Assembly: GCA_964016885.1 (NCBI GenBank) | Contig: OZ024741.1 | Location: 175,088,001 to 175,152,000, forward strand | Source: Eledone cirrhosa | Taxonomy: Eukaryota | Reading direction: 5' to 3' | Length of the DNA stretch: 64,000 nucleotides | In this document: positions 38,899-52,560 of the stretch, one piece after another | How positions within the stretch are numbered: the stretch's first letter is position 1 | Layout: each line of letters begins with the position of its first letter | Position numbers and translations under genes: made by a program | The notes under the pieces: model-generated | Databases searched by the model: none | What the model was told of the DNA's origin: nothing | Seen by the model: only the letters and a program-made list of their open reading frames with translations

Positions 38899-39771
38899 TA
38901 TAGGAAAATGATTATATTAGTAGAAATGGGGGGAGGAAGTTATGTGTGCATGTGTATGGGTGTTATATGTGTGTGTGTATGTGTGTGTGGGAGTATGGTT
39001 AGCATGTTAAGGTGTTAGAGTATTAAGGTCTATTTAGCTCTGGTTTTTATTTTCGAATATAGAAGAGGGTATTATGTGTGTGTGTGTGTGTGTATGCATG
39101 TGTCTGTTTGGACGGTTAGCATGTTATGGTGTTGACATAATGTATATTAAACTATATTTAATGCTGGTCTATATTTTTGAATAAACATATTTTCCTTATT
39201 TATTCGTATTTGTTCTGTTGTATTGTTAGCGCAAAGATAAAGTGGGAAGACTTGGAATTTGGGTGTTTTATCGCTTGCGCATATGTCTAGATGTGCACTG
39301 AGTGGTATCTGTCTTGTGGTATCTGTCTTGTGGTATGTCTTGTTGGCGATGAATTGTCATTCTGTTTCTGAGTGTGAGTTTAGTTTGCCTTATATAATCT
39401 TCATTGCATCCTTTACATTTAATGGCATAAAGCAAATTTTTTATGAGCAAGTGAAGTGATTTTTTAGAACAAAATTTCGTCTTGATTGATATGTATATAT
39501 GGTGCCTTCAATTTTTTTGACAGTTGGTTGTGGGTTTGTGGTAGGTAATTTGGCATTGGTGAGTAATGTTTTTAGTGATTTCGGTTGTCATTTGCTTTTG
39601 AATATTTTGTGTGTTTAAAGGGCTTTTTTCATTCTTGGGTCTTGTGAATAGTGTTGTAAGCTACCGCATTTCTTGGGTTGTGTGTTGAGATATATGATAG
39701 AATATTGGACGTACCTTGAATTTGTTTCTGTCTTCGTAATTCAACAATGCCTATTTCTTTAGCCCTTTCTA

Positions 39772-39775
<4 letters not shown>
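38160..39775 (-). mobile_element. Decayed Penelope-like element 3' part (GIY-YIG remnant plus UTR with eroded hammerhead)
   Basis: KNLLYAIKCKGCNEDYIRQT..LRNRMTIHRQQ at ~39340-39445. Eroded core TTGAAAA..GAAACCGGTA at 38216-38253. Three ~65-bp repeats at 38368, 38502 and 38620. Confidence 0.78.
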
Positions 39776-39868
<93 letters not shown>

Positions 39869-39998
39869 GGAAAGTTATATTTAAATTGTTGGGTTAACAA
39901 CGAGTAAATATTTATAACTGATATAAAAGCACTCAACAAGTATTTGGAGTATATTTATGATATTAAATAAATGGAAACTATATTTATAAAACCATATT

Positions 39999-40064
39999 TA
40001 TTTCGTTATATATATTTCAGGGATATCATATTAACAATATGTTATGCCTTCTTCAGACAAAATA
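39999..40064 (-). ncRNA. Type I hammerhead in pseudo-LTR
   Basis: TATTTTGT CTGAAGA AGG..[CATATT/AATATG]..CCT GAAA TATATA TA ACGAAATA. Confidence 0.75.
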
Positions 40065-41224
40065 CAATATAAACAGTCTTATAAATAAATAGATACGACA
40101 TACCTTTCAATCACCTTGCATTTGGGAGGTTGATTTGGCAGTAAAAAATATTGTCGACAGTTGTAAAAAGAAAGAGAGAAAGAAAGAAAGAAAGAGAAAC
40201 GAAGAAAAAGAAGAAATGCATGTGACTAAATAGAGAGATATAGAAAGATAGATAAAGAGAAGAACTTCATGTAAAGAAACAGAGAGAAATATATATAGAG
40301 AGAGGAAAAAAGAAAGAGATAGATAGAGATAGATAGAGAAACTAGGAAGTTGAGTATCGGTTGATACATTTATTTATTTATTTATTTATTTATTTAGCTC
40401 TAGTATTAATGTAAAGAGAGATGTATGTAGTTAAGAGAGAAAATAGCCGTTATATAGAGAGAAAAAAGAGAAAATGAAAAAGAGAAAATGAAAAATAACC
40501 AGACATAAACGAGGCAGAATTTAAAAACGCTGTTTGATCCTGTAGAAAATATTAGTTCGTATAAAACAGGCATTATAATGTAAATATCAGTATTCATGAA
40601 TGAGACATGTATCTATAATGTGTGAAAAGTAATGATCTTATGTCTAGTTTTTGAAAATTCATATGTTTATATCATAATTATAAACAAACTCCCAATTCAC
40701 ACGAAAACATTCTTATTGTGCTATAAAAATTCAAGTATACATATATGTGTGTATATATACACATATATATAGAGTCTATATTAATTTTAACAATACTATT
40801 CTTGTCTTTACTCTACATGATTGTCGATCAAGCAGAAATAGAGAACAGATTTCAATATATTAATAAAAATAAAAATAAAAATAAAAATATATGTGTGTGC
40901 GTGTGTGTGTTTGTGTGCGTGTATCAGGATCATAAAGTTATGAGTTCGATTCCTGGATCGAGCAGCGCTCAGTGTCCTTGAGCAAGACACTCTATTTCAG
41001 TTGCTTCAGGCTACACAGCTGACAAAAGTGAGTTGTACTTGTAATTCAAAGGGCCGGCCTTGTCACACATTGTCTCGCTGCATCTCCCTTAGAACTACGT
41101 TAAGGCTACACGTGTCCGTGGAATGCTTAGCCCCACTTTCACGTTAATTTCACGAGCAGGCAGTATCGTTGATTGAAGCAGCTAGAGCACTCAACATCAG
41201 ATACGACGGAAGTCCAACAATGTT

Positions 41225-41269
<45 letters not shown>

Positions 41270-41359
41270 GAAAGGTATAGAAAACACTGCAGCGAAAAGC
41301 CAACAGCACTCCATAATATATAATATATAATATATATATATATATATAATATATATATA

Positions 41360-41516
<157 letters not shown>

Positions 41517-41553
41517 ATTAAATAAATGGAAAGTATATTTATAAAACCATATT

Positions 41554-41619
41554 TATTTCGTTATATATATTTCAGGGATATCATATTAACAATATGTTAT
41601 GCCTTCTTCAGACAAAATA
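41554..41619 (-). ncRNA. Type I hammerhead in second pseudo-LTR
   Basis: Same sequence as 39999-40064. Confidence 0.75.
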
Positions 41620-41936
41620 CAATATAAACAGTCTTATAAATAAATAGATACGACATACCTTTCAATCACCTTGCATTTGGGAGGTTGATTTGGCAGTAAA
41701 AAAAATATTGTGGACAGTTGTAAAAAGAAAGAGAGAAAGAAAGAAAGAAAGAAAGAAAGAGAAACGAAGAAAAAGAAGAAATGCATGTGACTAAATAGAG
41801 AGATATAGAAAGGTAGATAAAGAGAAGAACTACATGTAAAGAAACAGAGAGAAATATATATAGAGAGAGGAAAAAAAAGAAAGAGATAGATAGAGATAGA
41901 TAGAGAAACTAAGAAGTTGAGTATCGGTTGATACAT

Positions 41937-41987
<51 letters not shown>

Positions 41988-42953
41988 GCTCTAGTATTAA
42001 TGTAAAGAGAGATGTATGTAGTTAAGAGAGAAAATAGCCGTTATATAGAGAGAAAAAAAGAGAAAATGAAAAAGAGAAAATGAACGAGGCAGAATTTAAA
42101 ACCGCTATGTTTTATCCCGTAGAAAATATTAGTTCGTATAAAACAGGCATTATAATGTAAATATCAGTATTCATGAATGAGACATGTATCTATAATGTGT
42201 GAAAGTAATGATCTTATGTCTAGTTTTTAAAAAATTCATATGTTTATATCATAATTATAAACAAACTCCCAATTCACACGAAAACATTCTCATTGTGCTA
42301 TAAAAATTCAAGTATACATATATGTGTGTATATACACACATATATAAAGAGTCTATATTAATTTTAACAATACTATTCTTGTCTTTACTCTACATGATTG
42401 TCGATCAAGCAGAAATAGAGAACAGATTTCAATATATTAATAAAAATAAAAATAAAAATAAAAATAAAAATAAAAATATCAGAGACAAGAAAATAAATAA
42501 ATAAACAGAAAACTAAAACATTTAATATTAAATATTAAAAATAAAAAAATAAAAAATATTACAAAATATTAAAAAATAATAAAAATAAAACATATTATGC
42601 CACGCAAATCGGCCACAGAGATCAGCCTTTCAAAGTTAATTGACAATATATTGCCAAGTTCATCATAAGCATCAGAGTCGAAACAGATAAAACAAAAATT
42701 GTTTACCAAATCCTGTCTAGCAGAAATCATTCCAAAAGTTTAGGATACCCATTTGGTCTACATATGTTCTTATATTTAATATAGAAGTTTATCTAGTTTA
42801 AAATTTAATTCGATATATTTGGAGCATCAGCTTTTAGGGTAGTTTAATTATTCATGAAGAATGTTTTAATAAAAAGAATGTTTTAATAAAAAGAAGAAAT
42901 CGAAAGATTTATCGGCTAGTTTCATAAATAATTACAAATCAAATCAAACATAA

Positions 42954-44837
42954 CTACATTTTAAATTTAAATTTATATTTAAACGTTGAGTTCAATCTAT
43001 GTCTGCAGCAACTGAATAAATTTGTCCGTAGATTAAGGGAATTTTTAGATTTTAGTATAAAGAATATCTCCTCCGCACAGAGGTCACATGTCTCAGAGGA
43101 TGAATTAAAAGGAATCCCCCTTGAGACTATATTCCAAGTCGTCGAATATCTAACGTTATCATGCCTAAGTTGCCAGAGTACGCCTGATAGTGCTGTTGAA
43201 GATTTTTTGGATGGATCTGTGAAAGAATTCTTGTGGTTGTTATAGCGAAGTTTAAATTCCGTCGATGTAGAACCAACGTAGTTAAAAGAATTAACGTCCG
43301 TTTTAACATTACAGTTGTATATTATATTTTTAACTAAGCAGTTGTTATTTAACGGACATTTAGATCTATCTCTACAGTTACATTTGTTAACTTGGATATT
43401 ATTTATGCTATTATCGCTAGGTTTTAAGTTCCTGTTATTTATTCTATTAATATTTTGCGCTAAATTTTTGGTGGATGAGTAGGTTAGTTTTACAGTATGT
43501 CTATTGAAAATTGAGTGATACCTATGTGTTCTAGGGAAGCGATTATCGAGAGCTTTAAAAAATAGTTTAGCAATGTGGGTTTTAATGTTTAGTGAGAAAG
43601 GGGGGGGGGGGGCAAACCATATTATATTCCTAGTTCTATTTCTTTTATGGCTTTTGGAATTATTGTAATGCTTTCTATTATAGTTGTTAAGGTTGTGGCC
43701 ATAATTAAAATAGTTGTTATTTTGTTTAATTTGTTTATCATTATCTATGTACATAATTTTATCACTATATCCTGCTCTAGCTAACGCTTCATTGTAATAA
43801 TGGGCTTTTTCGTCGAAAATCTTTTTATTAGATGAGATTTTAGAGATACGTGATTGAACAGAGTTTACTATAGTATTTTTAACAGATTTGGGGTGGTTAG
43901 AGTTAAAGCTGACATAGTTTAAGTTTTCATTCAACTTGTGAAATGGATAGTGAAGACATGTGTTGAGATTTAATGTTATATCTAGGAAGTTGACTATTCT
44001 ATGGTTATTCTCAATTTCTATTTTTAGATTAAAGTGATTAAAAAATTGTGTAATTTGTTTTCTTTTTCTATTTAGTTCAGAGTTATTATTATCAATAAGT
44101 AAAAGCATGTCATCTCTATATAAACCTCCGGTAGTACCAGGTATTTTCCTATGCAGCGAATTGATTAAAAATAAGCCCACAAGGTCAGTTACCTGAGCTG
44201 AGTCGGATGATCCCATAGTAATGTCAAAATTGTTATCTCTATCTGCTCGGGTCCATAGTTGGTCATTAAATTCTATCAATGTTTTCCTAGCCGATAATAT
44301 AATGTGCATTTCATTGCTAGTTAGGTCTGTATGTTTGAATGCGTAATTTAGTGCCTTATTTAGTAGATTAGGGGTAATGGAAGAATAATAGTTAGCAATA
44401 TCAAGTTGAATAAACTTATTATTATTGTTATATTTAATTTGCTTAAACCACTCAACAACCTCTCCAGTTCCCTTCCACAAGCTCAGGTTAGGTAAACAAC
44501 TCAAGTTTTTAATTTGCTGTATCACCCTGTCAAGAATGTTTTTGCTTAGTTTACCCAGGTCCGATTTTGATGGTGCAATCAATCTGACTGGCAAGTCATT
44601 CTCGAAATTTCTCTTATGATCTTTCATATTGATCTTCGGTTTCCTGGGCACGAAAGGTTGTGTTCTGTTCCCGATTTCCAACTCGTGCATTATACAAGAT
44701 GCCTCAACATTCATTTTCTCTAGCTCGGCCTTATCTGCTACCTTGTACTTTTTCCTCAGTTCTTTTAGTATGAGGCCATTATACATGTCTTTCTGCACTC
44801 CATAGAGTATATATATATATGTAGATAAATCTACCAA
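42954..44837 (-). CDS. Penelope-like element polyprotein (RT plus GIY-YIG endonuclease, Neptune-like), uninterrupted but probably 5'-truncated
   Basis: 627-aa ORF with FIQLDIANYYSSI, MGSSDSAQV, LYRDD, FLDITL, Cys linker CNCR..CPL..C, IIY..YVGST..FKLRYNNH, CDLC and CRH. The first ~10 aa derive from flank and (TA)n. Confidence 0.93.
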   Translation of the reverse strand: MVDLSTYIYILYGVQKDMYNGLILKELRKKYKVADKAELEKMNVEASCIMHELEIGNRTQPFVPRKPKINMKDHKRNFENDLPVRLIAPSKSDLGKLSKNILDRVIQQIKNLSCLPNLSLWKGTGEVVEWFKQIKYNNNNKFIQLDIANYYSSITPNLLNKALNYAFKHTDLTSNEMHIILSARKTLIEFNDQLWTRADRDNNFDITMGSSDSAQVTDLVGLFLINSLHRKIPGTTGGLYRDDMLLLIDNNNSELNRKRKQITQFFNHFNLKIEIENNHRIVNFLDITLNLNTCLHYPFHKLNENLNYVSFNSNHPKSVKNTIVNSVQSRISKISSNKKIFDEKAHYYNEALARAGYSDKIMYIDNDKQIKQNNNYFNYGHNLNNYNRKHYNNSKSHKRNRTRNIIWFAPPPPFSLNIKTHIAKLFFKALDNRFPRTHRYHSIFNRHTVKLTYSSTKNLAQNINRINNRNLKPSDNSINNIQVNKCNCRDRSKCPLNNNCLVKNIIYNCNVKTDVNSFNYVGSTSTEFKLRYNNHKNSFTDPSKKSSTALSGVLWQLRHDNVRYSTTWNIVSRGIPFNSSSETCDLCAEEIFFILKSKNSLNLRTNLFSCCRHRLNSTFKYKFKFKM

Positions 44838-45002
44838 AATGTACGGTAGTGTCCAATCCGTATGAAGAACTCAATGTAATCCGAATATCATGAAAAGAGA
44901 AGATGTAAAACATTTTTTCGGTGAAAAATAACGGAAAACAGAGTTAAGATAAATTAATAAAATAATGAATAAACAAAGAAACAGTTCCTTATATTAAAAA
45001 AT

Positions 45003-45141
45003 TCATCATTTTACGATCGTTTCTAGGATATATATGTTAGTGTTGGTATGCATATCCTATAGATCTATGTAAAATTTTTACAAACTATCAGAGGGAATAT
45101 ACATACCTACACATATATATGCTGTCTTCAGAAATAATGAT
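45003..45141 (-). ncRNA. Type I hammerhead with 101-nt stem II region
   Basis: TCATTATTT CTGAAGA c AG c ATATATATGT..ACATATATAT c CT a GAAA CGATCG TA AAATGATGA. Confidence 0.72.
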
Positions 45142-45653
45142 ATTTGTTTATTGAAAAAACCCAACAAAGATTTAATACAATAGGTATGTTTGGGAACAGG
45201 TTTTGAATTGACCAATAGAAAGATAGTGAAGGTCAAGATGGTAAAATAGTAGTAAAAGAACCTTAATTTATGGGTATAGGAAGGTAGATTTCAGTTTTGG
45301 ATGGAAAGAATATTATGAATGAAAGATTATTTTAGGGATGAAAATAGGTCATATGCTGACCTCAGAAATAATTATATTTGTTCATTGAATAAAACCAACA
45401 AAGATTTAATATAGTAGGTCTGTTTGGGAACAGGTTTTGAATTGACCAATAGAAGGTTATAATTGGCCAAATGGTAAAATAGTAGTAATGGAAGTTTATT
45501 TTAGGGGTAGAAGAAGGCAGATTTCAGTCTTGAATGGAAGGAGTGTGAAGAATGAAAAGATTATTCTAGGGGTGAAAATAGGTCAGGTCAGTAAAAGGTA
45601 CACGAAAAGTTGCTGTTATAAAAGAATAATGCCAGTGTAAATATCTAACCTTT

Positions 45654-46752
45654 CGTCTAACCAGTATGTATTTATAACGAAGCTTTAGCTAGAAGTGGTC
45701 ACAAAAATAAATTAATATATGTACCTTGTACCAATAACACTACAAACATACAACCTAATATTACCAACAAACACCAAATGAAACATACACACCTAAATGC
45801 CACTCACACTATACCCCAAAATACCAACATAAAACCAAATTTCTCTAATATACAATATAGTAACTCTCAAAAAACTATTCATCCTACAACTCTAATAAAT
45901 GTTAATAATAAAACACCTAATAAACAAGCTAAAACACCTAAATCAATAAATCTAACTAAAAATGTGTGTGGTGAGGTCATTAACAATAATTCTCTTAATA
46001 AACATCAGGATACATCCTATAAAAACAATAAACAACATCGAAACCGTAATAGACGAGTTACTTGGTATAATGCTCCATTTAATTTACAAATTAAGGATAA
46101 TATACCTAAAAAATTTTTTAATATCCTAGAGAAGAACTTCCCGCCAAACCACAAATACCATCAAATTTTAAATAGATCAACGGTTAAATTCTCCTACTCA
46201 ACAACCCAAAACATAAAACAAAATATAAGTGCCTACAATGCATATAAATGTAAAAAAAACCATGAATATACCACCAGTACATCAAACTAACCATAATATC
46301 TCCTCTGATACAGGATTCACGAAAAGTTGTAACTGTAGAAACAAAGCAAACTGCCCATTAAAAGGAAATTGCCTTGTTAATAACATAGTATATAAATGTA
46401 AAGTTAACACTAAGGACTCAATTTATTCATATATAGGAGCTACCTCTAACCAATTTAAAGTAAGATTCAATACCCACAAACATAGTTTTAAAAATGCCGC
46501 ATTAGCTAATACAACATCTCTAGCTGAAATAATTAATAATTATAGAAAGAGGAATATAGATTATGACCTGACCTGGAGTGTGCTCAAAATGGCCACCCCT
46601 TATCAAAATAATAGATATGAATGTAGATTGTGTTCCTAAGAACTTTTTGAAATAATGAAATCTAAGGATATCCTATTAAATAAGCGACAGGAATTAATAA
46701 TATCGTGTAATCATAAACTGAGAAAAACCTTTAAATATTATAAACCTAATTA
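45654..46752 (+). pseudogene. Neptune-like thumb/linker/GIY-YIG remnant (frameshift plus stop)
   Basis: YNEALARSG..RNRNRRVTWYNAPF..HKYHQILNRSTVKFSYS, then CNCRNKANCPLKGNC..IVY..YIGAT..FKVRFNTH..CRLC. Confidence 0.9.
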
Positions 46753-46983
46753 ATATACATTTTAGAAATTAATATAAAAACTTTTTTATTTTAGTTAACC
46801 TATAATTAATATTCTACTACTGATGAACTACATAATTTTACTTTCCTTCTTACAACTATCTTTTCCTAAAATTGATATCATTAAGTAAACATATATAATG
46901 TTTTAATTTCAGGTTATGATTCTATGTTCCTTGAAATCTCTATATATTTATTATTTCTCACTAATAAATTTAACCCCCTCCAA

Positions 46984-47018
<35 letters not shown>

Positions 47019-48167
47019 TTTTTATATTTTTTTAATTCCCCCTCGTCTTTAATAGCACTCTTCAATTACATCTAACTCTTATTTATCATATCTATATGCA
47101 TTAATATAATTCTATCAATATAAATATACCCATCAATTAAATTAATTTATATTCTTTTCATAGATGTAAATTCCATATATTTTTTTCACTAACACTTTTA
47201 TCGTAAAATTTTAGTCTCCTTAGATATTTACACTGGCATTATTCTTTTATAACAGCAACTTTTCGTGTACCTTTTACTGACCTGACCTATTTTCACCCCT
47301 AGAATAACCTTTTCATTCTTCATACTCCTTCCATTCAAAACTGAAATCTGCCTTCTTCTACCCCTAAAATAAACTTCCATTACTACTATTTTACCATTTG
47401 GCCAATTATAACCTTCTATTGGTCAATTCAAAACCTGTTCCCAAACAGACCTACTATATTAAATCTTTGTTGGTTTTATTCAATGAACAAATATAATTAT
47501 TTCTGAGGTCAGCATATGACCTATTTTCATCCTTAAAATAATCTTTCATTCATAATATTCTTTCCATCCAAAACTGAAATCTACCTTCCTATACCCATAA
47601 ATTAAGGTTCTTTTACTACTATTTTACCATCTTGACCTTCACTATCTTTCTATTGGTCAATTCAAAACCTGTTCCCAAACAGACCTATTGTATTAAATCT
47701 TTGTTGGTTTTTTTCAATAAACAAATATCATTATTTCTAATCCCGCCGAGGTTGACTTTGTCTTTCATCCTTACGGGGTCGATAAAATAAAGTACCAGTA
47801 ATGCACTAGATAATTGCTGGCCTTGTGCCTAAAGTAGAAACAATTATTTTTGAAGACAGCATATATATGTGTAGGTATGTATATTCCCTCTGATAGTTTG
47901 TAAAAATTTTACATAGATCTATAGGATATGCATACCAACACTAACATATATATCCTAGAAACGATCGTAAAATGATGAATTTTTTAATATAAGGAACTGT
48001 TTCTTTGTTTATTCATTATTTTATTAATTTATATATATATATATATATATCAACCTCTACTGCCATCACTACCCATCATTGTCACCACTATCATCATCAT
48101 TACATTCTTCCAATAAGATAGGGAAAAGTGGCCATCTTGGAGTCATGCCATCAGAGAGAGAGAGAGA

Positions 48168-48228
<61 letters not shown>

Positions 48229-48545
48229 AGAGAGAAAGATAGATATATTTCTTTATTAGCCACAAGGGCGCAACAAGAAAAGGGGACAATACAAAGACAT
48301 GCCGGGGATTTTACATACACTCGTGTAAAAATATAAAAAACAAACAATCGAAATCCCCAATAGGAGAGAGGCGCCACAAATGGGTTGTTTAATACCCCGT
48401 CGATAGAACAACCCTCAACTCCAGGAGCGTGTTGTGCAAGTGTTCCTTTCTTCCTTTTGCTCTCTTCCTCAACCTACAGGCTTATAAACAGAGAAGGCCC
48501 AATCACTCGGGAAAGAGAGATAGAGATAGAAATAGATAGATAGAC

Positions 48546-48577
<32 letters not shown>

Positions 48578-48669
48578 GGAGAGGGAGAGAGAGAGAGAGA
48601 GAGAGATAGACAGAGAGAGAGAAGGAGAGAGAGATAGACAGAGAGAGAGAGAGAGCATATTATATATAT

Positions 48670-49133
48670 ATATTTAATATAGAAATGGCTTCTACAGGAT
48701 TAGAACTGTTTCATTCGGAGCATTTTAATATTGCCACTCAATGAAAACTATTTGTTTGCTTGGAATAAATGAACCTTGAAAATTATGAGTGCCTGTCAGT
48801 GTGTATGTGTTTGTCTATAGGTACTTGGTGTGAATTTACTTTTGCCTTTGTATCACTATGTATTTTTCTCTAAATATAGTTTTTTGTAAAGAATCCCCAT
48901 TCTTTAAATTCATCAACCAATGACCTCCATCCATTCCAATCACCACACTCCCCTACCACTCAGGAAATGTATAAATACAACCATATTACATTGACAGTCG
49001 GTTTTTCTGATGATTTCCTTCGAATGAAACAGTTCTAGTCCTGTTCTAGAAGCCATTTCTATATTAAATATTTATACTCTGCTATGTATTGAGTACCTTA
49101 CTTACTGTGGTTACCCTCCATTGAACCTGGGAT
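48670..49133 (+). mobile_element. Family A pseudo-LTR with short inverted 5' arm and hammerhead at ~49000-49055
   Basis: 48671-48717 is inverted at 49021-49070. CTGATGA is at 49007, with a small insertion next to the cleavage site. Confidence 0.72.
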
Positions 49134-49252
<119 letters not shown>

Positions 49253-49280
49253 TAGTTATTGCTATATATACATTTAGTCA

Positions 49281-49690
49281 TTGCTCGCACCAACTAGAGA
49301 TATAGCCAGTCACTCTCTCTCAGCTGGCCTCTTCCTCGCCCGTTCACTCATTCACTCTCTGTTCTCCCCCTCTCTCACTTCCTCCCGTTTGACCTGTGTG
49401 AAATCCTTTTCTCGCTCACATCTCGCCCAGGTCGGATGGTCTTTACCTCTCGTCTATAATTTCACCGAACTTAAGTTCATAGATATCACGGACTTGTTTC
49501 TCCTCTTCCTCTCTTTCCGTTGCAATACCATCTTTGTTTGTTTACATGTCTCGCTCGCTTCACCCTATTTTACGTGTCCCAATAACTTTCTTTAGTTATT
49601 GCTCGCACCAACCAGAGGTATATGATCTTTAAAGCGAAGAAATACCAATGAAGGTTGGAAGATCACTGATGAAGGACTAACTTTATTCAT
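49281..49690 (+). mobile_element. Second member of the 1342-1881 family
   Basis: Homologous to 1580-1881. It starts with a direct repeat of TTGCTCGCACCAAC.AGAG.TATA. Confidence 0.75.
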
Positions 49691-49805
<115 letters not shown>

Positions 49806-49811
49806 ATATAT

Positions 49812-50065
49812 GTAGGGGCTCCCACAGGAGCACTGAGTGCAATGTCAACTCTGGATGTCGGTGAGCATGCCCAGCTAACCTCAGTCTCCTCTGTGTCACT
49901 TTTGAGCTGACTTTTGGACACACTAGAAGAGGAAGACCAAGGTTAACGTATGTTGATGCCCTAAGGACAGACACTAGTCTGTTGGAGACGCAGGACATGG
50001 CAGCGATAATGAGGGACAGAGACTGCTGGTGAGAACTCATCCATGGATCTCGGGAATTTTACCCG

Positions 50066-50068
<3 letters not shown>
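49812..50068 (+). mobile_element. Short 5'-inverted copy of the 29868-31502 RTE family inserted in (TA)n
   Basis: 49812-49912 is the reverse complement of ~31245-31345; 49915-50068 matches 31346-31500. Confidence 0.9.
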
Positions 50069-50109
<41 letters not shown>

Positions 50110-50384
50110 AGGGAGTGTAAATTGGAGATACTGTAGGTTCACCCGGGTGAGCACTCGATGTTTAGGTTCACTTCAGTGTCGAGGTGTAGAGCTAGACAGA
50201 GTGTATTATAGTGAAATAAAATAACAAGGACGATTGATAACGTAATGAAGGAGTAACCAATCATCCTTGTTACCTTATTTCACTATATATACATATATAT
50301 ATATATTATATGTTATATATTATATGTTGATTTAAAACTGCACTATCCACAAGTGTTTTTTAACCTTCATATCATGTCTTCCTG

Positions 50385-50451
50385 TTTTATCTGATGAAAA
50401 CACAAATATTATTGCATGATGATATTTGTTTTTGAAATGCGCATAATAAAA
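50385..50451 (+). ncRNA. Type I hammerhead with long stem II and palindromic stem III
   Basis: TTTTAT CTGATGA AAAc ACAAATATTATT gcat GATGATATTTGT TTTT GAAA TGCGCA TA ATAAAA. Confidence 0.8.
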
Positions 50452-51125
50452 TACATGGAACTCTTTTAACCATCTTTTGTTCTTATATATTATATATATA
50501 TTATATATATATCAGTTTTCCATATAAGTTTGTCATATATGATACCCGTACATTGTCTTGTCGGTCTGTGTATGAAACCATTACTCTCTTTCTTATGTCT
50601 CCAAGAATTGTTTAAAATCTTTTCAAAATGTGAAACTGAACGCAAATGCAATTGATGGCTGCATTGATCATTGTATAGAATAGAATAGAATAGAATAGAA
50701 TAGAATGTTCTATTATTTATGTTCTATTCTTGTCAAGGTAATTCAATTGCTATGAATTCATCAGCCGTTAAAAAAAAAGAAAAAAGATTGAAAATAAAAA
50801 AGAAGGAAAACTATTACACTTTCTTTTCTGCATTTGATGTTAAACGACTGATTCTAAAATTTGAATAAATTCTACATGGACAGCTGCTCACTTATCGTGA
50901 AGGGATTTCTTCGTTTCCTTTATTATTTATCTATCGCTCACATACCCCTCTTACCATAAAATCCCAAAACTTTGAGACACTGCAATTATATTATTATTAT
51001 TATTTTTATATTCGCATTCACATTATCTGAGGAGCTCATCGTCTTTTGTTTTATCCGCTACAAAATTACTACAGGGAGATTTCAGTTTTGATGTTATCAA
51101 TGTTATTACATGGTCTTAGAAGTAT

Positions 51126-51253
<128 letters not shown>

Positions 51254-51264
51254 ATGTATATATG

Positions 51265-51326
<62 letters not shown>

Positions 51327-51422
51327 CATATATATATACATATATATATACATATATATATACATATATACATACACACATATATATGTATATATATATA
51401 TATATATATAATGTATGATATG

Positions 51423-51485
<63 letters not shown>

Positions 51486-51991
51486 GTGTGTTTGTTTATG
51501 TGTGAGTGAGTGTGTGTGCGAATGAGTGTGTGTGTGTGAGAGTAAGTGAGTGTGTGTATGGACGAGTGAATGTGTGTGTGTTTGTATTGTTCGTTTTACT
51601 TTTAAAATTTGTCACCAATAAAATTCTTGACTTAAAACCAGAAACGAGGCTCTTTTATTGGAATTTAGGCATCGAATAGGTAGTTGTATGTAAGTAAGTA
51701 AGTACTTGTCTGTCTGTTTATGTAAGTACACAATTATGTATATATGCTCTTTTGGTTTTAGTATAAAAAGTTCTCACCAATGGAGAAAGAGTCAGTCTTT
51801 AAATCAGGAACAAGGCTCTTTTATTGGAATCTAGACAACAAATTGGTAGTTGTTTCCTTTGAAACATATTTAATTTCTTCTTCGCAGAATTCAAGCTGGT
51901 CTCTGACAAAAGTCTAAAGACATTTTTCTTTGAGTAAAGACAATTATAAGTATTTGTATCTGCATGAGTTCGTGCGTGCACATATGTAGGT

Positions 51992-52487
51992 CAGATCGGC
52001 CCACCTCTAAAAACCCAAACGGGATGTACCATGAAAATAAATGTGCCCCCAAACGGGGAGAAATGAGGGAAAATGGTGAGATTTTTTATAATGAAAGCTA
52101 TACTCATTTTTGTGTGGAGGCACGTGGCCTAGTCGTAAGGGTGTTGGACTTACGATCACAATGCCATGGGTTCGATTCCTGGGTTGAGTGTTGTGTTCTT
52201 GAGCAAAACACTTCATTTCACGTTGTTCCAGTATACTCAGCTGAAAATGAGTACCAGCAATAGCTGGGGGTTTAACCCAGCGATGTACTGGCGTCCTGTC
52301 CAGTGGGTAGTCTTGTACTCTCAGTCTCTTCACGCTATGAAACCGTGATATGTACCGGCCAAATCAGATTTCTGGCTTAAGACAGACTAGACTTTAGACT
52401 CATTTTTTTTGCAAGAGAAGACATCTCTCACACGCCCGAAAGTAGGTGGGAGATCTCCCCGTCGGATGGAGAGAGTTGACAGGTCTG
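51992..52487 (+). mobile_element. MITE copy 3 containing a family 3 SINE (52111-52400)
   Basis: Flanks GTAGGT and ATAGGT. The MITE halves resume across the SINE. Confidence 0.82.
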
Positions 52488-52560
52488 ATAGGTGTACATG
52501 AGTGAAAATATTCTTTTAGTGTACGAGTGATTGGTGTGCATGATTGTTCTTTATATATGT

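Larger units (their letters stand above)
44909..48030 (+). mobile_element. Second Neptune-like element: 3' ORF remnant between ~740-bp inverted pseudo-LTR arms
   Basis: 44909-45647 is the reverse complement of 47221-48030, the latter interrupted by a SINE at 47739-47850. Each arm has an internal ~235-bp duplication. Confidence 0.88.
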
